DNA of 59,270 nucleotides, the filler included, from Sluysia triapertura (taxonomy: Eukaryota): the NCBI GenBank assembly GCA_046118255.1. It is 4 parts of 4 records of this genome, joined end to end, with 100 filler letters (N's around TTAATTAATTAA, not from the genome) between each part and the next. Parts side by side here need not be neighbours in the genome. Positions count along the whole stretch, not along the records: positions 46,421 to 59,270 come from JBJNIA010078160.1; 3 more parts are not named here. One strand, given 5' to 3'. A program made the position numbers and the translations under genes. Each line of letters begins with the position of its first letter. The stretch's first letter is position 1. A model generated the notes under the pieces. It was given only the letters and a program-made list of their open reading frames with translations. It had not been told where the DNA came from and did no database searches. Below, piece by piece: positions 52,855 to 59,270 of the stretch.

Positions 52855-53369
52855 TATTGATTTTATTTTTACAAACGAAACTATAACGTAAGACCTTGAA
52901 AAAAGAAGTTATAATTAAAATTTTTCTAATTAAAAATTAAACATTAATTATATTAAACTAATTATAATGTTCTCTTTATTTTTACTTTATTTACGATCAT
53001 ATAAAAAGCAAGCACAAATAAACGTTTAGATTGGTTTGTAAGTAAAAATAATTTTCACTAAATCCTTATTTGTCCACGATTTCTGGCCAATGAAAAGATA
53101 CTACCTCATAAATTTGCAACTGGTAGTAACTGCCAATAATGACAATCAATAATCCATACAACTCGAAAAGCTGTCATCACTGACAGTATGCATAATGGTA
53201 GAAACCACAAAACATATATTGATAAATAATATTAATGAATTATTGATAATGTTAATTATAATAGTAACAATAATACTTAATAATAATACTAATAATAAAA
53301 TAATAGTAATAATAACAATTAATATGTAAATAACAGAAATATATAATAAAATTATATAAAAATACAAAA

Positions 53370-53840
53370 AAGATCTTGTTTTTCTCCCCCTTTACATAAA
53401 ACTCTTCAAAAATTCTGAAAATGAAATTAAAATGAGAACAATAATAGATAATACGTAGCATAATTTTACATTTATTTCATAAAAAAGAGAATGCAAAAGA
53501 ATTGATAAAAGAATGTGTAAAGAAGATAATAACGTGATTAAAAATGTTGAAGAAATTCCATTTTGATTGCAATATTTAAAATGGTTTTAAAATGTGAATT
53601 TAACATTTTTTTGCTGATATTAATGATTGAGTGTTGATGGATTATGAACTTGAAATGTTTTGGATTAAGTAAACTTCGTACGTTTGATGGTTTTCGATGT
53701 TGAATAAGATTTTAATGTTTTTAACTTTTGAATTTTAAAGAATTATAAAGAAGTGGATTATGAGATATTATGAAGTGTGATTTATTTTATATGTATTGTT
53801 TAATTAAAGTTTTAAGATATTAAGTTGGCCACCACATAAA
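53370..53840 (-). repeat. Diverged member of the strand-skewed cassette family
   Basis: G/T-rich + strand ending in GTTGGCCACCACATAAA (53824-53840). Left part GATCTT...AAAATGAAAT resembles 14730-14785. Confidence 0.4.
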
Positions 53841-54686
53841 TCAAACGTTATTTGTCGAATTCCTCCAAGATAAATTTATACCATGTCATTTAGAAACGTA
53901 AGAGAACAAGTTTTCAACTGATATAAAAAATCATCAGCAAACCAAATAAACCAAAAAAATAAACTTAAAAACACATAAATTTACAGATTTCAAGTAGAAT
54001 AAAACCATTAAAAATGTAAATTATTTTTAAAGTATGAAGTTTCCATGATTACTTACTTTATTATTTTGATTATAATTTTAATTAATATTTTATTTGTGTG
54101 GATATTCCAAAGAAAAACTAATAAATGAAACACATACATAAAATATAATTTAAATTACGTTTTATTTATATTTTTCGAATACTTCAAAAATAAAATTTTG
54201 AAATTCAATATTTCTATATAAATTTCCAAGTAAAACCAAAATTAAAAAACAATATCATGCATTGATTAATATTTTTAATAACATCAATAAATTTGATGTT
54301 ATACTTTGAACATTATGCAGATAATAAGAGATAATTAAAAGGTTTATTTATTAGCTTCTTTAATTATACCAAAAACAATTATTAGCAACTTTGTTATTTT
54401 AGTTTTACAATCAGTTTCATAAATTTTGAATCTTTCATTGTTACCATGGTATTGAAATAACATGAAACATTATTAAGAAGTAAAACTACACAGCTTTTAA
54501 AATCTTCTGTTCAATATTTTCCACAATATTTTTTAATTCGCACTATTCGTTATCATTAAAAGACTTTTAGTGAATCTAAAACAACTTTAATCTTTTTTCG
54601 TTAATTGCTGCTATATTGTTTATTAAATTTAATTTAACTTTTATTTTCTTAACCATTAAATTTCAAGATATCGATAATACAATATA

Positions 54687-55400
54687 CCGTTTTTTCCGGA
54701 CTATAAGTCGCACCTTCCCAATATTTTTCAGAAAATGTAACTGACATATAAGCCGCACCATTTAAATACAAAAGCTAAGTTGCTGGTCCCTGTATTAAAT
54801 AAATCTACTTAGAAATACTCTGCTGGTGACTCTGCGGAATATAATTAAATTAAGTTAAGTAGTAATCATATATTAAAAAAGAACACTTTAACATATCAGT
54901 AAATAAGTAAAATATAACCTGTTTAAAATAAAATTTAACTAAAATATTAACCAATAATAATAACTAATTATTAGTTTTCGAAGAATCCATCGACATTGAA
55001 TTCTGTTGCGGCTTTCCTATTACCATTTGCTTTAGCCAATTCAATTAATTTTAATTTCCACTCTGTGGTGTATGAAGACCGTTTTATGGCGAATAAAAAT
55101 TGAATTAATTTATTAAAACGTAAATTCACGTAACTTATGAATAACCGCAAACAAGTTATTGTATCGTAAAATAAACTCAAATTATTATAATTAATTATTA
55201 AAAATTTAAAATATTTAAACAACAATATCACACAATAACGAGGTAGTTTATTAGAATAGGACTTTGCATTAAAAATGACATTTTTTATTTATTAGAGTCA
55301 CGAAATTTTGAGGATTTTAAACATCAACTTATAAGTCGCACCCCCTAAATTATGACCTTTTTTAAGTTTTTTGGTGCGGCTTGTAGTCCGGAAAATACGG
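54687..55400 (-). mobile_element. Internally deleted pogo-family (POGK-like) DNA transposon
   Basis: TIRs CCGTTTTTTCCGGACTATAAGTCGCACC and GGTGCGGCTTGTAGTCCGGAAAATACGG, with TA on both sides. Subterminal ATAAG(C/T)CGCACC repeats. Internal KRSSYTTEWKLKLIELAKANGNRKAATEFNVD is a Brinker-type (BrkDBD) helix-turn-helix of pogo transposases. Confidence 0.9.
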
Positions 55401-56494
55401 TAACAGTGATTTTTGTTTTTATTTGTAATGGTTTTGTAATTCATTTTCGTTGATTTATTGTTTTTGCAGTTGAATTAGACCTAAAGTCAAATTTAATGTT
55501 CATTAATATAATATAATTGTTTTCGCCTGTTGCGATTAAAGTATCATAGTTAAAATAGTTATGAATTAAGGTAATACTAAATGATTCTAAAAAGTTTATT
55601 GACCTCCCTATTTCTTTGTAAGATTATTAAGTCGTAAAATCCTGTAGATAACCCATTCTGTAAGCCTTGGATCATAGTCAAACTCATTAAATTAATTTTC
55701 ATTTTTGATCGCAGGTAGCTTTCAGGGACACCCACCATTAAAGTCATAAGACGCCAATTAATGGTGAACACAATAATTTTATTTTGTGAGGTAACGTAGT
55801 TAGTTTTACTGCAGTACAATTTTCAGGAATCTTTATCGTCATACAATGTCATATATTAAAAATTATTATATACCAGGTTTTAATTAATTAGACACGCTTT
55901 TTATTTTGAGGTATACTAAAAACAACTGTGAAACCTTAAGGTGTCATTTCCAGGTATTTCAGACCCTTCATTCATATTTTAAGCAGCAATACAAATGATA
56001 CATTACGCATCGTTTGCTTCAAAAATCCACAAAGACCTACCAGAGATTGTCAAATCACTGAAAGATTATAAAGCTTTTACTAATCGAGAAATATTCGTTC
56101 TGTACATTTACAATATATTATATATTCCACATTATGTAGATATATCAAATATAAATGTTTTCTAAGATTTTAATATATTTTGTTAAATATTACATTAATA
56201 TCAATAAATGAAACATTTAATATTTTTAATTAATCATAATTATAATATGTAAATTGTACATACTATACGTCTAATTTTTTAATCTTTAGATGTTTCAATA
56301 GTTTTTAATTACTGTATAACTTACACTAAACATTTGATTAAGGTAAATGATTTTTTAAAATGTATTTCCCTCGCAATTGAAAAATAATAAATCATAATAA
56401 AACATAAGGTGCATTTTAAAACATTATATGATATTAATTATAGTAAATTAAAATTTAACTACTCGATCAATATTTGATCAAGTTAGTTTGTATT

Positions 56495-57014
56495 TTAAAG
56501 ATATTTCTTATTGCAACACAACACTTCAGTTTCATGTCGACTGTGTTCGCTTCCACCCCAAGACGAATACGAACAGCCATGAGGTGGATAAAATTTTCCA
56601 ACACAAACTTCTCCGTTGATATCATTTCGAGAAATGTAAAGCGGTTTACCATCATTTGTTCCGGCAACAATTGCACCTTTAGGAACCGAATTACCAGAAC
56701 ACCACTTCCATTCAAGACCACATTGTGGCAGCACTTCAGTTTCTACTAATACCTGAAAATGAATTTAATTTTTAAATAATAAAATTTACTTCATAGTTAC
56801 TTTTGGAGTGCTCTTGTCCTCCATAAGCCACATAAACACAACTATGTCCACTCACTAATTTTCCTGGAATATATTCACCCTCATGATAAGCACGAGCTAC
56901 AAAGCATGAACCACCGGCATTTACAGCACGTGGTGGAATATATCCATCATTAGCAGGTATCCATGAAACACAAATTTCCAAACCAGTTCCAAATTCCGAT
57001 TTTACTTTACTCAT
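56495..57014 (-). CDS. DM9-repeat (DUF3421) protein, two repeats, 160 aa, intact
   Basis: Exon 1 (57014-56790), a 37-nt GT-AG intron and exon 2 (56752-56495) splice in frame. Repeats WIPANDGYIPPRAVNAG...FVARAYHEG..IPGKL...YVAYGGQEH..NYEVL and WKWCSGNSVPKGAIVAG..DG.PLYISR...VGKF.P.HG..Y.SWGG.EH...EVL. Confidence 0.93.
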
Positions 57015-57512
57015 GATTTGTGTATTATGCTACGTGTACAATTTCAACTAAGTAAAATACAAATCAAACAAATATAATTCACTTAATTTATACTTATTTA
57101 TTTAGCACACAAAATGGACAACCAATTATAAATCAAATAATTTGAAGGGACTTTATGTTTATTAGTATCATCTCTTGAAATTTGTTTTATCACGTAATTT
57201 TATAAATTACTAAAAATGTCAAAAATATTTTGATAATTAATAAAAATTACAATTGTTTTATAAACATTTCTATTAATTGAAAGTAAATTTAATTATTATT
57301 ATTAGTATTTTAAATTTATGTATTATAAATGGAAAATAGACAAATTTTAAAATGCAAAGCATACTTAAATTTTCACATTTATAATACGTATTCTAAGTTA
57401 ATATTAGATTTAACAAAGCATACGGTTTAATTGTTATTATAAATTGATATCAAAGGTCAAAAATAGCATAAAATGAAGCTTAAAATAACTAAAATAAAAC
57501 AATCACATAACT

Positions 57513-57533
57513 GACTACTACTCCCACAACGCC
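57513..57533 (+). promoter_or_regulatory. ZNF143/Staf-like site
   Basis: GACTACTACTCCCACAACGCC resembles the ACTACA..TCCCA..ATGC consensus. It is an isolated GC island about 500 bp upstream of the DM9 ATG. Confidence 0.3.
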
Positions 57534-59270
57534 GACTAACTATTTGAATTTTCAAAATTTTAAAATAATTTTAAATTTAATTTCATGAAATCCATATTTA
57601 CATTCCATAAGTATAAGCATGAGTGTATAAACACAAATCTAAATCTATTACAAACAAATTTGAATCACTTATTCATAATTTTAACCTCTCATTTACACCT
57701 TCACACTTCCAAACTCTTTAAACTCTTAAAAAATACAAAAATAATGTTGCTTTTCGAAAAAAGAAAATATCATTTTCTAAAAAAATCGAAAATTCTAGAA
57801 TTTTCGAGAAATCCCATCAATTTTCATTGGCTGATGACTAGTATATATAATAGTGTCAGTTTATTAATAAAAGACAATTAAAATTAGTTATCTATCAGCT
57901 CAAAAACAAAAAAATAATTCGGATTACAATAATACATTAAAGTTATCAACGTGTTCAACAATAATTTTCGGATCAGATTATTTCCATCCATTTTTAGTAA
58001 GTTATTGTTTTGATTTTTCGTTCAAAAACCGAGGTAAAATCTTCTCACTTTAATTTAATGAGGGAAAAATTTTAAAATTAAAATTTAAGATTTAAATTTA
58101 AATATCTGAAAAGGTTTTAATTGTAAATTAGTAATTTTTATCTTGTATTTATTAATTTATATATCATAACTTTTGAATCAATAAATCTTACAACTTGTTT
58201 TCAGCTAAGATTTGAATTTATTTTAAAAAAGATCAACTTATTGGAGTTCGCTGAAATTATATAGTTTTCGGTTTTTCATGTTATAAAATCTCTTTACGTA
58301 CTCACAACTACCAAAAATAGACCTAGTTCACTTTCCCTCATAATTAACCGATCATCAAGCATAATTTTTAAAACATTAATATTACTTATTGTTGTCATAT
58401 GTAGACTAATATCCAGAGATTTGAAACTCATATATGGCAAACAAACTTTTGCCAAATAACTTATCTTGAAATACGTTAATATTCATTTTTTTATCTTGAA
58501 ACAAAAGTTTAATAAATCTGACAGCTGTAATATTTAAGAAATTTGTAATATATCAGAAATATGTTGTCATTCATTTTGTAAATAATATTATTTGTGTAAA
58601 TAGTATAATCAATTTTTAAACAATTTTTGTAAAAAGTATCAATTTTATAATTTTGTAATTTTTAATAATTAATTTCGATTATTTTAATTTATGATAAGTA
58701 ATAATTTGCAAAGTATCAGTAAATAATTAAAAATATTAGTGCTATATTATTTTCAATAATCGATTCACTTTATGACAATATTTTGTATTATCTATATTAA
58801 AAAATGCAAATTAGAGCAATATACGAAATTATGTAAATTTATTATTTATGTCCATCATTAATAATCAATCTATTAATAATTTTTCAATATAAAAACAAAA
58901 AAGTAACGCATAAACTTTCAATATAAAAATATAAAAGATTTAAAAAATTATATTCTTACGAACTGTTGTGGAAGATATATGATAAGCTTTTGAAATTCTT
59001 ATGCTCGTGGAAATTATCTATTTTGTGGAAAATATTTACGCTCGTAGAAAAACAATTTCTATCTGGAATTATTCAAGACGTTGCTGTTATTCTAACATTA
59101 ATTGACGATTTGGAAAATCTTTTGTAATGTCCAATAAGTAAGCCTGTTTTCTATACGTTTATGCATTAACAAATCTTGCATTAACATCTTAGGCAAAATC
59201 TCGTACATCTACAAAATACAAGCATTCGCCTGGATCAAAATCTCGTCTAACATCTTATTTCAATAATTTT

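Noticed and set aside
56474-56749. Antisense and alternate-frame ORFs over DM9 (also over the GAF and piggyBac regions)
   Set aside because: Shadows of real coding sequence.

Overview
Very AT-rich eukaryotic (animal) draft sequence, made of four contigs joined by artificial 100-nt N/TTAATTAATTAA linkers, so order across the linkers is unproven. Genes carry tiny GT-AG introns (30-40 nt in the ones I measured), consistent with a compact parasitic metazoan; an orthonectid-like genome is only my guess. One gene looks complete: a two-repeat DM9 lectin-like gene. Several conserved genes are partial or decayed: SNX17 (5' exons), casein kinase 1 alpha (C-lobe), FEZ/UNC-76 (N-terminus), a GAF-only PDE5/6/11-like ORF, Rab6 and YOD1/OTU1 pseudogenes, a CUB-domain gene and a TM/coiled-coil gene. 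Mobile DNA includes piggyBac (PGBD4-like) relics, a Tc3-like element with an inverted copy of its 3' end, pogo-type non-autonomous elements and MITEs, and seven 3' fragments of an L2-like LINE. The most unusual signal is an unclassified, strand-skewed repeat cassette: terminal motif, C/A-rich body, conserved hairpin, AT tract, then a palindromic CCAAT module. It recurs co-oriented just upstream of unrelated, intronless, decayed gene copies, which suggests a gene-capturing or promoter-donating element. All family calls come from manual motif recognition, not database searches.
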